Source of the DNA: Chrysemys picta bellii | Lineage: Eukaryota | Length of the DNA: 64,000 nt | NCBI RefSeq assembly: GCF_011386835.1 | Contig: NC_088798.1 | Coordinates: 86,490,001-86,554,000 of the forward strand | Reading direction: 5' to 3' | In this document: positions 36,139-49,319 of the stretch, piece by piece | How the letters are laid out: the number at the start of each line of letters is the position of its first letter | Numbering within the stretch: the stretch's first letter is position 1 | Translations under genes and position numbers: made by a program | The notes under the pieces: model-generated | What the model was told of the DNA's origin: nothing | The model's input: only the letters and a program-made list of their open reading frames with translations | Databases searched by the model: none

Positions 36139-37023
36139 GTGCTCATATACGAGAATGAAGCCATGATTTAAATTTAAACCAGATAATACCATAAATAAAA
36201 CTTTATATTTTCTAGGGGTAGGGGAATGCCATTTGTTCCCACATAGCAGAGTGCAAAGAAGGTCCTCGGTACATCCTGGAAATCTGTGGAGCAATGATAA
36301 TTTACACCAGCTAAGGATCTGCCCTAGGAACTGTAGGGGTTTGTTTGTTTGTTTTTTTTAATTCTCTTCCTGTTAGGCTTATCCCTACCCTAGATTTCAA
36401 AATGTTGGTTGACTTCTGAATCTCTTCAGTATGAGACTGAAGAATAGAGAGTAGAGCTGGCCAATTAGGGGAATTCTAGAAGCTCAGGGATGTTTTAGAA
36501 ACTCTCACTGGCAGAATGGAGTCTGTCTGGGAACAGATAATCCATCAGTGCATTTAACCCAACACCAAGACTGACATTCTTGTCACTCATGCAAACACAG
36601 TCTCATGGGGATGAAAATTCAAAGGAGATACAGCTCTGGAAGTATGTGTTCCACACCTGACAAATGCTCTGTATGCAGAAACCTCATCAGCACGTTTAGC
36701 TTCCAAATGTAAATGTAATGCTCTTGTATAGTCTCACTTCCTTTGATGTTTCAACATTATCCCAAGTCTTCTTCCTTAACTTCTTCAAGTACAAATGTTA
36801 GGCACCTGGTTTTCTGTTCTGGTTAAGCTCTTCTCAACATAAGAAAAACAAAAGTGTGTATCGGGAGGAGGTGGGGGAGGTATCTTTCTGCCTACCTTAC
36901 TCAGGATGAACAGTTACTTCCACTGACATAAACTAGCCTATAGAGAGAAAAGACATGTGAACTGATTTTCCACTTCTCTGCATCTGGTGCAGCCACTGAC
37001 ATCAGTGGAAAGTGGGTGTAAAA

Positions 37024-37220
37024 TAGAGCTGTTCAAAACTGTTCTATTTTTCAAATTTGAAAAATATTTTTGAAAAAAATTAATTGAAATTCTTTTCAGG
37101 CTTCTTTCGTTTTTCTTTGTTTCATTTTTCAACCATCTTCTAGAGTGGCTCAAATTTTACAATAATTCGAAATTTTCACAAAATTTAATGTTTTTGCTGC
37201 ATTTTTCAACCGGCTTTCTA
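37024..37220. repeat. AT-rich fragment of a TAGAGCTG-ended (hAT-like) repeat; related pieces at ~42650 and 47565-48000
   Basis: Starts tagagctgttcaaaa, with ...caacc..(c/t)ttcta ends and an A/T-run-rich body. Confidence 0.35.
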
Positions 37221-38334
37221 GTAAAGCACAAGCAAATGGGAACACTAGCATTTTACACTCACTACACCTGTTACAAGATACAGGATCTAATTTTCTCCTA
37301 TCTTGTAACCCACAATATAGTGGAGAATCATAATGCAATCTCAGTTGGACTAACTCTTGTCAAATGAACATACTAAGTAGTATTCTTCCAAAATGAAGCC
37401 TGACACCAGGGGTATAAGTAGCACAATTTTGATGTTTATACAGACATCAACTGATTCATTGCTCCCTGATCATAGCTTGCCATAGTCTTGGATGCAAATG
37501 GATATAAATTTAGCATTTAGTTAGTAAAAGGTCTCCTGAAGATTTAAAAACACTCTTCATCATAAGCAACATTAGCGCAGGGAAGTTTAAAACTGTATAC
37601 TGTCATACGTTTGAGATACATCTGTCTGCAATTCTTGCTCAGGAAAAATATTGATTTGATTGGGAGTTTTGCTTAAATAAGGATTTCAGATTTGGGCCCT
37701 TGATGGTCATCCGTGAACATCAAGAATAGAAAGAAAACTTTCCAAATTATGTCACCATTTGGGGGCCAGACACTGACACTACAGATGCTGGTTCTATGGA
37801 TGTTTACCTGTGGAATAAGGTATTGTGCAAAATGAGTGTTTGAGCAGGAGACCCTTAATTATGAAATGATCAGAGCAGATAGTGAAAACAATTATTCATA
37901 CAAAATTATTTGATGCTTCAGAGAAAAAAAATTACTAAATTATTTGGCAAATCTTGTTCTGCCACCTGTACCTGCTTGAATAGTACCAAAAAGTTATTTG
38001 TGAATAATTTATTTGGCAATTGACAGAAAATGACATGGAATAAACTATGCATGAATATTATTCACAGGAGAAGACTCTTTATCATAACAAAGCATCTGTG
38101 TAGGAATCATTCTGCAGGAGTCTCTCCCTCCTTCCAGTTATTATTGAAGGAGCATAACCTCTATATTTTGGGAGAGGATTCAGTAAGCACTATTCTCTAA
38201 AGCAATAAGAGAAAAATTCTGCAAGGCACAGTCCATAGAAATGTGAGGGAAATGCTATGAGATTGATTGCCAGGGGCTTGAATGGATGACAATGGGTATG
38301 AACAGATTTACTTATTCTTCCAGTAAAAGGCACA

Positions 38335-38337
<3 letters not shown>

Positions 38338-38397
<60 letters not shown>
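38338..38397. repeat. (AT)30 microsatellite
   Basis: 60 bp of uninterrupted alternating AT. Confidence 0.99.
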
Positions 38398-38399
<2 letters not shown>

Positions 38400-39340
38400 T
38401 GTAAGCTGCAATCAGAGATGGCTTATAATGCTTTTTTTAAAATGTTTGAATAAATCATAAAACAAGACAAAAATATATAATGAAACGACATGCCACGGGG
38501 TCCTTTATAAAATCTTCAGTGATCATGCAATCTGTTGTGCGGTAATGGCCTGGTTTTCAGAAGTGCCGAGCACCCGCAAATCCCTTTGAAGCCAGTGGGA
38601 AGCTGCAGGCACTTGGAGCCTTTTAAAATAGGCCATAAATCTTTACAGTTCTGTCTGCACATCTGCACTGCCATCTTTCTGATGGATTCACATATTATAT
38701 ATTATTAGATCAATAGTATCGCATTTCTAGCGAGTTCACTTGAAATTTGTATTCAGTTTATTTCATTTGTGAAATTCACATGGTAGCTGAAGATATATTT
38801 GGATTCTTAATTCTATTGTATTAACAATTGGCCTGAATTCATGTGTGTCATACATATCTCAGTATGCAAGTATTGATTTGTTGAGTAATAGTATCCAAAT
38901 CAGACTTGGTACTTTATTTTACCAAGATTTCTGCATGTAAAGGTTAATGGTCTTCTGCATTGATAGTTTTATTCCATCATGACATAAAATGGCCCCCTTT
39001 TAATGGCTTGTGCCAAACCAGTGTCACTCAGACTGTGAGGGCTATTGAGCAGCACTAGCTGCAACAGCAGAGGAATTAAGGTACCATCTGCAACAGTCTA
39101 AGTTTGCATCGGATGCCATTTTGGATTTTGCAGTCCAGAGCCAGTGTATGCTGTATTGTCCCCATATTATATTGGGCAGATTACAGAATGCTGACAGTGT
39201 AATTAGCTTTTCTGATTGCTCCACACACGATATGGTGCACCAAGAACTCTTTGCTGCATTCTCATGTCAGAATGTAAATCTCCCTCATCCTGAAGAATTT
39301 TCTATCTACTATAATATAGCCTCTTATTTGAAATCTGAGA

Positions 39341-39557
39341 GGAAACAGCATCATCCAGTGGATAGAGTGCTAGACTGAGACTCCAGAAACTTGGATTCTA
39401 AAGGTGCCACAGGACCCTCTGTTGCTTTTTACAGATTCAGACTAACACGGCTACCTCTCTGATACTTGATTCCCAGCTCTGCCACTGACTTGCTTTGTGA
39501 CTCTGTTACTCTTTCACTACCTACCCTTTTCTACCTTCTCTATTTAGAGTGTAAGTA
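39341..39557 (+). mobile_element. MIR/CORE-like SINE interrupted by a 69-bp PLE terminal fragment
   Basis: The SINE head (gagtgctagactgagactccagaaacttggattct) resumes as attcccagctctgccactgac after the insert. Confidence 0.7.
39400..39468 (+). mobile_element. Isolated extreme 3' terminus of a PLE-1-family element
   Basis: aaggtgccacaggaccctctgttgctttttacagattcagactaacacggctacctctctgata is homologous to the reverse complement of 6761-6820. Confidence 0.85.
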
Positions 39558-40012
39558 GGAGTGGTCAAAAATTTTCAGTTGAAACTGTTTTTTGTGTTTG
39601 TTTGTTTTTTACTCTGGTGCAATGTATTTATATTAGTGAACTGCACTGGTGCAGCTACATCTAGGTCCAGCCCTGTTGTTTTGCAGCCCAGGGAGGAAAA
39701 TATTTCAGTGCCTGCAAGTGGCTGAGCCCAAAAAGCCCCCCAAACAAAAAGCAGAGAGGAGCAACTAAGTGATGTGGTACCTCTTTTCCCCCAATTCCCC
39801 ACAGATTTGGCATCCCTAGATGTTGTCAGCCAGGGCAACTACCCTGATCTCCTGCCTCTAGTGCCAGCTCTAGAAACATCACTATAGCTAGAAACAGAAA
39901 GGCCCAAATTCTTCCAAGTAATCTTTATCTGCCCTCTGCTTAAGCAGTGTGATCTGCTGTTAGTACAGAATGCAGTTGCTTATGTGGAGATAATTTGGTG
40001 TGGTCTGTCCCA

Positions 40013-42570
40013 ATAAGAACATAAGAATGGCCCTACTGGGTCAGGCCAAAGGTCCATCTAGCCCATCTAGTCTTCCGACAGTGACCAGTCCCAGGTGCCC
40101 CAGAGGGATTGAACAGAACAGGTAATCATCAAGTGATCCATCCCCTGTTGCTCATTCCCAGCTTCTGGCAAACAGAGGCTAGAGACACCATTCCTGCCCT
40201 TCCTGCCTAATAGCCATTGATGGACCTATCCTCCGTGAATTTATCTAGTTCTTTTTTGAACCAGGTTATGGTCTTGACCTTCACAACATCCTCTGGCAAG
40301 GAGTTTCACAGATTGACTGTGCATTGTGTAAAGAAATACTTCCTTTTATTTGTTTTAAAGTTGCTGTCTATTAATTTCATTTGGTGACCCCTAGTTCTTG
40401 TGTTATGAGAAGTAGTAAACAACACTTCCTTATCTACTTTCTCTACACCAGTCATGATTTTATAGACCTCAATCATATCTTCCCTTAGCTGTCTCTTCCA
40501 AGCTGAAAAGTCCCAGTCTTATTAATCTTTCCTCATATGGAAGCCCTTCCATACCCCTAATCATTTTTGTTGCCCTTTTCTGAACCTTTTCCAATTCCAA
40601 TATATCTTTTTTGAGATGAGGCGACCACATCTGCACACAGTATTCAAGATGTAGGCGTACCATGGATTTATAGAGGCAACATGATATTTTCTGTCCTATT
40701 ATCTATCCCTTTCTTAATTATTCCCAGCATTCTGTTCGCTTTTTTGACTGCCACTGCACATTGAGTGGATGTTTTCAGAGAACTATCCACTAGCCAAGAT
40801 CTCTTTCTTGAGTGGTAACAGCTAATTTAGACCCCATAATTTTATATGTATAGTTGGGATTATGCTTTCCAATGTGCATTACTTTGCATTTATCAACATT
40901 AAATTTCATCTGCCATTTTGTTGCCCCAGTCACCCAGTTTTGAGAGATCCTTTTGTAGCTCTTCACAGTCTACCTGGGTCTTAACTATTTTTAGTAATTT
41001 TGTATCATCTGCAAATTTTGCCACCTCACTGTTTACCCCTTTTCCAGATCATTTATGAATATGTTGAATAGGACTGGTCCCAGAACAGACCCCTTGGGGA
41101 CACCACTGTTTACCTCTCTCCATTCTGAGAACTGATCATTTATACTTACCCTTTGTTTCCTATCTTTTAACCAGTTACCAATCCATGAGTGCACCTTCCC
41201 TCTTATCCTGTGGCAGCTTACTTTGCGTGAGGGACCTTGTCAAAGGCTTTCTGAAAATCTAAGTACACTATATCCACGGGATCCCCTTGGTCCACATGCT
41301 TCTTGACCCCCTCAGAGAATTCTAGTAGATTGGTGAGGCATGATTTCCCTTTACTAAAACCATGTTGACTCTTCCTCAACAAATTATGTTCATCTATATG
41401 TCTGACAATATTATTCTTTATTATAGTTTCAACCAGTTTGCCTGGTATTGAAGTCAGGCTTACAGGCCTGTAATTGCCGGGATCACCTTTGGAGCCCTTT
41501 TTAAAAATTGGCGTCACATTAGCTATCCTCCTGTCATCTGGTACAGAAGCTGATTTAAATGATAGGTTACAGACTACAGTTCTGCAATTTCACATTTGAG
41601 TTCCTTCAGAACTCTTGGGTGAATACCATCCTGTCCTGGTAACTTATTGCTGTTTAATTTATCAATTTGTTCCAAAACCTTCTCTAATGATACCTCAGTC
41701 TGGGACAGTTCCTCAGATCTGTCACCTAAAAAGAATGGCTCAGGTTTGGGAATCTCCCTCACATCTTCAGCCGTGAAGACCGATGCAAAAAATTCATTTA
41801 GTTTCTCCACAATGGCCTTATCATCCTTGTGTGCTCCTTTAGCACCTTGATCGTCCAGTGGCCCCACTGGTTGTTTAGCAGGCTTCCTGCTTCTGGTGTA
41901 CTTTAAAAAAAAACTGCTATTATTTTTTGAGTCTTTAGCAAACTGTTCCTCAAATTCTTTTCTGGCCTTCCTAACTGTATTTTTACACTTCATTTGCCAG
42001 TGTTTATGCTCCTTTCTATTTTCCTCACTAGGATTTAACTTCCACTTTTTAAGGATGTCTTTTTGCCTCTCACTGCTTCTTTTACTTTGTTGTTTAGCCA
42101 CAGTGGCTCTTTTTTTGGTTCTTTTACTATGTTTAATTTGGGGTATACATTTAAGTTGAGCCTGATTCTGATGTCTTTAAAAAGTTTCCACGCAGCTTGC
42201 AGAGATTTCACTTTTGGCACTGTACCCTTTAATTTCTGTTTAACTAACTCCTCATTTTTGTGTAGTTCCCCTTTCTCAAATTAAATGCTACAGTGTTGGG
42301 CCACTGTGGTGTTTTTTCTGCCACGTGGATATTAAATTTAATTATATTATGATCACTATTATCAAGCAGTCCAGCTATATTCACCTCTTGGACCAGATCC
42401 TGTGCGCCACTTAGGACTAAATTGAGAATTACCTCTTCTCTGGTGGGTTCCAGGACCAGCTGCTCCAAGAAGCAGTCATTTAAGGTGTCAAGAAACTTTA
42501 TCTCTGCATCCCATCATGAGGTGATATGTACCCAGTCAATATGGGGATAATTGAAATCCCCCATTATTAT
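40013..42570 (-). mobile_element. CR1 LINE, 5'-truncated (~2.55 kb), ORF2 with APE C-terminus and RT, frameshifted
   Basis: MGDFNYP (~42560), LDNSDHNII (42244-42468), PIFKKG.KGDPGNYRPVSLTS...QHGF...[13 protein letters not shown] (41218-41517), KFADDTK (~41000) and a 3' (TTCTTATG)n tail. Confidence 0.97.
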
Positions 42571-42847
42571 TATTATATTTTTATATATTTGAATCTAATC
42601 TATTTATGTGCTTATCTGAGCATCTAAGAAGAAGCATAGTATTAAAAACTAGAGCTGACCAGAGAATGACAATTACATGTCACAACAACTTTTGAGGTTT
42701 TGAAATTTGTCTTTGTTCAGCACTGGAAAGAAAACAAAACCTTTCAAACATTTTCACAAAAGAGGGTTTCTGGTTCTGCATGCTCTCTGTCTAGCCAAAA
42801 GGGACCAGAGTGCTCTGGACCTCAGAAATCTTCCAAACACAGACTCA

Positions 42848-43124
42848 GGCTTGGTCTACACTGGGGGAGGGGGAGAGGGATCGACCTAAGATACGCAACT
42901 TCAGCTATGAGAATAGCGTAGCTGAAGTTGACGTATCTTAGGTCAACTTACCTCGCGGCGCGGGGTTGACTGCCGCTGCTCCCCCATCGACTCCGCTTCC
43001 GCCTCTCGCCACAGTGGAGTACAGGGAGTTGATGGCAGAGCAATCGGGGATCAATTTATCGCTTCTACACTAGACGATAGATTGATCACTACCTGCCGAT
43101 CCTGTGGGTAGTGTAGACATACCC
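42848..43124. mobile_element. Harbinger-type MITE, 277 bp
   Basis: Ends GGCTTGGTCTACACT / AGTGTAGACATACCC, flanked by TCA/TTA; internal 25-bp stem at 42883-42944. Confidence 0.9.
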
Positions 43125-46100
43125 TTAGTCTAAATCAATACATCTTCAGGTGAAATTGTAGTTACTGCTCTATACCAGCAACATGAAAGAAGATATGTCT
43201 TCACGAAACATATTGGCTTTGATGACACACACCATGTTGAAAAAAGTACATTTTGTCAAAAGCATGCTGACCAGCTTTTAATAAGAACAACCGGCCAGGC
43301 CTAGCCCCCCCTCCAACCCCCCGATCCCTTTGTGCCACTCCATTGGTGCAGTGGGGTTATAAAGCTGCCCTAACCAGACAGCTAAGGGAAATCACCAGGT
43401 GGTACAGAGCTGATCTTCCCAGCATAGCTAGGTTTCTACAACCTCCTTCAGCTCCCAATGTAGAGGGTATGTCAAGGGTGTGGCCAGTGAAGGAAGAGTA
43501 ACTAAAGTGCTGTTGTTCTCCAGCTCATCTCTGAATGGCATCATGTCCCATTAAGGGATCACTACCCATGGCTTAGAGCAGTCCTGTGGCCGGCCATAGT
43601 GGACCCCAAGTGTCACCTCGATAAGAAGAGCACAAAGGTAGTATATATCAAATTTTGCCTCCTCTCCCTCAAGTCCTACACTGACTATAGATTTTTTAGA
43701 CCCAAAGATTGGGTTCAATATATAATTTTGCAAGTTGATGTCTGTGAGACACAGATCTTATCATAAGGCATATATATTAGGAGATGCCTTTAGATTGCTG
43801 TAACTTTAAATGGAACTCTTAGTAAGTCAGAGTGTTAAGCTCACACATCTCTGACCTGAATATATTTCTGATGATTTGGGAACATAAAAAGGTGTTGATT
43901 ATAAAAGTGGTGAGTCCTTGATTGGTATAAAATTTAGTGAAATGGTACCTTGTGAGTGAACAAATTACTTCATGTTCCCAAAATAAATCTAGGTTGTTGG
44001 AATCATGTAGATATGAATTGCATAGTGCCGCTGGAATTAGAATTTTAAACCTTATTTAGCTTCTGTGGCTGTTTTATCGATGCTGAATGAAGCACATTTA
44101 CCCACTGGTTTTAATTAAAAAAAACCCCACAATAATGCTTCTGCAACTGCTCTGTAAGGAGCTGTTAATGAACACATCTCGAATGCAGAAAGCCATTTTC
44201 TGATCTAGAAACTCTTTTTCCAGCCAAAGAATAAAAATAAATTAATAGATACATCATATGCAGAGTTTCTTATAAAGGCATTTGTGGTCTCTTTTGCATC
44301 TCAATTCTTGCTCCCCCTGAGGGTTTTGTCTTTTATTCACCATTTGAAGCTCCTCATGTTGCCTTCATATTGTACGCAAACCTTTTTTTTTTTTTTAATG
44401 TAATGGCAGGCATTTCTAAGTGCAGCTTTTAGAGACACATTTGCCTTAATTCATTTAATTAATTATAGTTGTCAATATTCTTTGGGCTTTTATAACTGAT
44501 CTTTTTAGGGATTGCATTTATTCAAACATACTTATGTAATTTTTTTTGTAAATGATTGCCCTCTGCTAGATTTAGCCAACATCACCATTCCATTTGAGTT
44601 ATCGCATAAAAATAAAAATTTATATTTAAAACAGCTTTCTTATGTAAGGCCCCACTTCCAATCTCACTTACATTAGTTTAACTCCAGACTAATTCTATTA
44701 ACTTCAGTGGAATTACTCCTGACTTACAATGTTATAAGTAAAATCAGAATCAAGCCCTAAGAAAGACAAGCCAAACTTTAATCTTATTTAGTCACATCGA
44801 TTTAAATACTGTCTGAATAAGCTTCAGCTCAAATATCTTAAAAGCATGTGGTCAAGTTTTCAACTAATGTACGTTTACACCAGCTAAAGTATATCTGGTC
44901 CATATTGTCTAGCAGGAAAAAAACATTCATTTCCATTGAGACAGATGTACAAATTGTACCTCAAGTGACAAATGCCAGAATGATTTCAGGCACAAGCCCA
45001 AACAGGGTCTGTGCCTATGGATTTCTTAAATTGGGGAGGTAATATCTCAAAAACATAAAAAATGAGCTTTCCGCTATGAGGAGTTTCAAATTCCTTAGTG
45101 GATTAATATAGATAGTGCTATTCAGATCTCACTCTACCCATGAATCCCACTAAAAAATTCTCCTTGCCCAAATTTTAAAATTATTAATTGAAATAAGACT
45201 AATTAAGAACATGAGATAAGCCCACAAAAGCCAGAAGATTCAGAGGTAAAGCTGAACTTTCCAAGTCCCCCTGTTGTGCCTATATTTTACTGGTGCACAG
45301 ATAAGGCCATACATTGTCCTCAGTGTATATGCTCAATTCCCATTGACAGGAGATGATATGCCCCCCACTGCATGAGTAATCACCTGCAGCATTGTTTGTA
45401 GACTTTTGCTATTCCTGGATGCAAAAACATAAGGTACAGATGTGGTTTTATAACCTTCAATCACCAAATGCACTGTGATTTGAATATATTTTTCCAGTGA
45501 CACTTTCTTTTTACATTCACGACTAAGTTAATTAACAAAAGAAAATCCTCTCTTGGCAGCATATACTATGGGAGTTGACACACTAGATTACTAGGTAATT
45601 TAGTGCTTGGGCTCTAGATCTGATATATACATATTTACAAAATTGTAAAAATGTTTGTTAATATTTAACCAGTAGATCTTGTGAAGAACATGATGCTAAT
45701 AATTCATGAATACTGTATGGTGATTGGGATAGTTACCGTATTACTATATTAAGTCTTTGGGCTGTTTATAGTGTGCGTATGTTGGTTTAGTTTAATAGCA
45801 GGAGGTTAGGAAATAAGAAGGAAGACCAGACAGTGGCTCCATACAAAACATCTCCTGGTAAATACCTGGGTTAAGCAACAATGGCTGAGCTATTAACTGA
45901 AAGGCATCTACTATCTTGGTTCCAGCCAAGTTACAAAGCTTGTTTCGCCAATGGTTGAGATCCAACAGATCAAAAGCACTATAAACAGATACTCTGTAGC
46001 CAGAGGCCAGACAATTATTACAGAGCTGTTTGTAGGGAACAGACTGACACACAGAGAACCCAATGAGGGGACTAAAGCAGTCAGGCCTTCCTTGGCTTCC

Positions 46101-46774
46101 AATACAGGGGATGATAAGCCTTCATTAAGACAGTCACATGTGTAGCCTTTCCATTGTTTTAGAACATTCTTTCCCTTATGTTATGCTTCATTCCTACTGT
46201 TAAGATGAAACAATACTTTGATTTAAGAAGGCTATTTTGTGTCATTAAGCCACTTGGACACAAACACTTAGAGGGAAGAACCACAGGTACACAAATCCTG
46301 TTGCACCTGCTGGGTATGCTCAATTGACCCACAGGGTACTGTAGTTCAGGACCTGGCCTAAGAATGTGATAATACTGAGATTTCACCCTGAGAGAGATGA
46401 AGGCTCAAAGCCTAAGACCTGAGAGGGTATACTCTTAATGACACCTAGGTACAGCTAGTCCTGTAACTGTGACAGACCTATAGCTTTCTTGACTTCAGTA
46501 GGGCTGCACTGTTTTACACCAGCTGTGGTTCTGTATTTAGGAACTTTCTTAAACTTGATTACCTCTATAATAACATTGGAGGGCTCATTTCAATGTGGTC
46601 ATGGACACTGCTCTTAGACTTGTTTTGTTCAATAAACAATATTAGCTAGAAAGATACTTTCATGTATGCTAGCTACCTTCCAAATGTTAAGTACCTATAA
46701 GTTATCTTTATTACTTAAAAATATAACTTATGTGAGCTACATGCATACAAACTTTTATTGTCTAACATCTAGCA

Positions 46775-46805
<31 letters not shown>

Positions 46806-47564
46806 GAGGAGTGAATCGGGGAACAGAAAAGCTTTGACTCCATTGTCTAACATTACAATCTCTTCAAGTTGAAAATTTAATATCCCAAGTTCTAGCCCCA
46901 AAGGAATTTTTATGACCAATTAAAACTTGAGAAGACATGCATTGATTATATAAAGGTTGATATTCTTGTTCTTACTACTAGGATTATGACAAGTACCACA
47001 GTAACTAACATATGGATTGCTAGCTTTATTAAATCCAAATTATTAACATCCTCGCTATAGAAATTTTACTAAAACACAGCGTGTAGAAGACAAAAAAAAT
47101 TTACAGCAAAGGTTGAATATAAAATACCCAATGGTATCTAAAATAGAAGGATCAGTTATTTCTTAAGAGAAGCATAGAATTTAGTGCAATGCTTGACTTC
47201 TGACTGACTCTAGTACTTAAGAATATATGAAAATGATTATGGATTCTAATATCAGTGGTAAAGTAAAAAAGTGGCTGCAGGGAACATGATAATAAAAGCA
47301 GAATGAATTTTCATGCACTAATGATCTCCTTGTAAAAGCACTGATCAGTAACACAGACCTATAGGACCAAGGATCAAAGACAGAAATGTTATAATTCAGA
47401 TACCAGTATAACTTCTCTCTTTTGCATCCTTTTTTCCCAGTTGAGAGTAGTCCTAGTTGCTGTGCCTACGTATGATACCACATATGGTAAAATCACCCAT
47501 TTTCTACTATTACTCTCCTTAGCAAGCTATTATAATAATTACTGTGAAAGGTCTTGATTAAAAC

Positions 47565-48000
47565 TGGTAAAAAAAAAATTCTGATGGAACATTTTTCCAC
47601 CAGAAAAATGCCATTTCCTTGAAATCAAAACTTCCTGGAGAAATGTGTGAATAGTGACAAAATGTATTTAAAAATAATTGGAAAAAAGCATTTTGATAAG
47701 GTCTAAATGTTCTTTTTTTGACATTTTCAGAGTTGACTACTTTTGATTTTGAAGTTACTTTTCATTTAAAAATTTATTTTTATTATTTTTTAAAAAAATT
47801 AAAATGTTGAAATGTTGAAAATGCACATTTTGATGTTATCAGAACAATATTTCAAATGACATGAAATAGAATCTTTTCTGAAATTTTATTTCATGGGATT
47901 TTTTTATTATTATTATTTTTTTTCTTCATTCCGATTCGGAGTGAAAACAAATTTAGAAATTGCAGAATATTCCACAAACTGGAAAAGTCACACAGTTCTA
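47565..48000. repeat. AT-rich hAT-like repeat remnant
   Basis: A/T-run-rich body resembling 37024-37220; ends ...cacagttcta. Confidence 0.35.
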
Positions 48001-48461
48001 TTCACTGGATGTCACGAGGTAGTGTTGCAGAGCATTTTTGCTTTGGTTTAGTGAAAATATACTTTTTGGTTTATGAAATACAAGTCTTGTGATACAACAG
48101 TTTTATATGATTATGTTTAACATGGTTGAAGATTTTTTTCTTATTTGTTTAAAAATGTGCATTACTTAAGCATAAGAAAATGCAAGAGCTCTTTTTGGGC
48201 AGTTTGAGGCTGGGAGAAACACAGCATGAACTGAGAAGAGATATTGAAAGAGCACCGTAGCCAATCGTAAACACCAGCTGAGCACTCTTTATTTTTATAC
48301 TTAAGGCATAAAAGTCCCTGGGTTTGAGGTTGAGACGTACAAGTAGAACCTATTTTAAAAACTAATTGGGGATTGAGGAGTTCATAAAACTGAACATCTC
48401 AAAATTATAATTGTTACTGAGCATAAATTGCAGTGTGGAGCACTGCATCAATTTCTTCTTG

Positions 48462-48785
48462 TCATAGAATTTAAGGACAGAAGAGGCCACCTAGTCTGAC
48501 CTCCTGTATATCACATCCACCAATACCACGCAGCACCGGCCCCCTAACGCAACAACAGAATTTAGACCAAGGTATTACAGTCCTCAGAAGACTAAACTAT
48601 TATATGCCTCAGGCAGAGCATAGGAAGGACTGAGGTGCACCAATACCTTTACAGGAAATAGATTAAGTGAGAGATACCCAGATGATCCCAGCAAATGACC
48701 CGCATGCCACACTGCGAGGAAAGTGAAACAAACCCAAAGTCACTGCCAGTCTGACTTGGGAAAAAATTCTTCCTCACCCTTCAAA
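48462..48785 (-). mobile_element. CR1 LINE 3' UTR fragment
   Basis: tcatagaatttaagg.cagaag...ctagtctgacctcctgtatatcac...gggaaaaaattcttcct. Confidence 0.8.
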
Positions 48786-48986
48786 CTACTGCAAAGTTAT
48801 GCATGCTAATGCACTGAGGGCATCAGAATGTGAAGATGTGAATGGATGTCGACTTATTCTTCATCAACATCACTTTTGTGATGTGATTTCTCCCTCTGAG
48901 TCAGGAAAAAAGGTTTGTAGAACTGATTGGTGTTCGTAAAATTGAGGTTCTCCTATACAGCTGAATTTTGGATTCATTCTTTAGAT

Positions 48987-49319
48987 CAGTGGTTCCCAAA
49001 CTTGTTCTGCCGCTTGTGCAGGGAAAGCCACAGGCGGGCCGGGCCGGTTTGTTTACCTGCTGCGTCCGCAGGTTCGGCCAATTGCAGCTCCCAGTGGCCA
49101 TGGTTCGCTGCTCCAGGCCAATGGGAGCTGCTGGAAGTGGCGGCCAGTACATCCCTCATCCCACGCTGCTTCCAGCAGCCCCCATTGGCCTGGAGCAGCG
49201 AACCGTGACCACTGGGAGCCGCAATAGGCCGAACCTGCGGACGTGGCAGGTAAACAAACCGGCCTGACCCGCCAGGGGCTTTCCCTGCACAAGTGGCAGA
49301 ACAAGGTTGGGAACCACTG
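48987..49319. mobile_element. hAT MITE, 333 bp, fully palindromic
   Basis: TIR CAGTGGTTCCCAA / TTGGGAACCACTG; TSD CTTTAGAT (48979-48986, 49320-49327); core homologous to 7621-7953. Confidence 0.95.

Noticed and set aside
35574-36166. Pro/Gly-rich ORFs up to 161 aa resembling collagen or extensin
   Set aside because: Artefact of the G-rich minisatellite in a hAT element, which has few stop codons.
40984-40993. Perfect MEF2-like CTATTTTTAG
   Set aside because: Lies inside CR1 ORF2 coding sequence; no reason to infer function.
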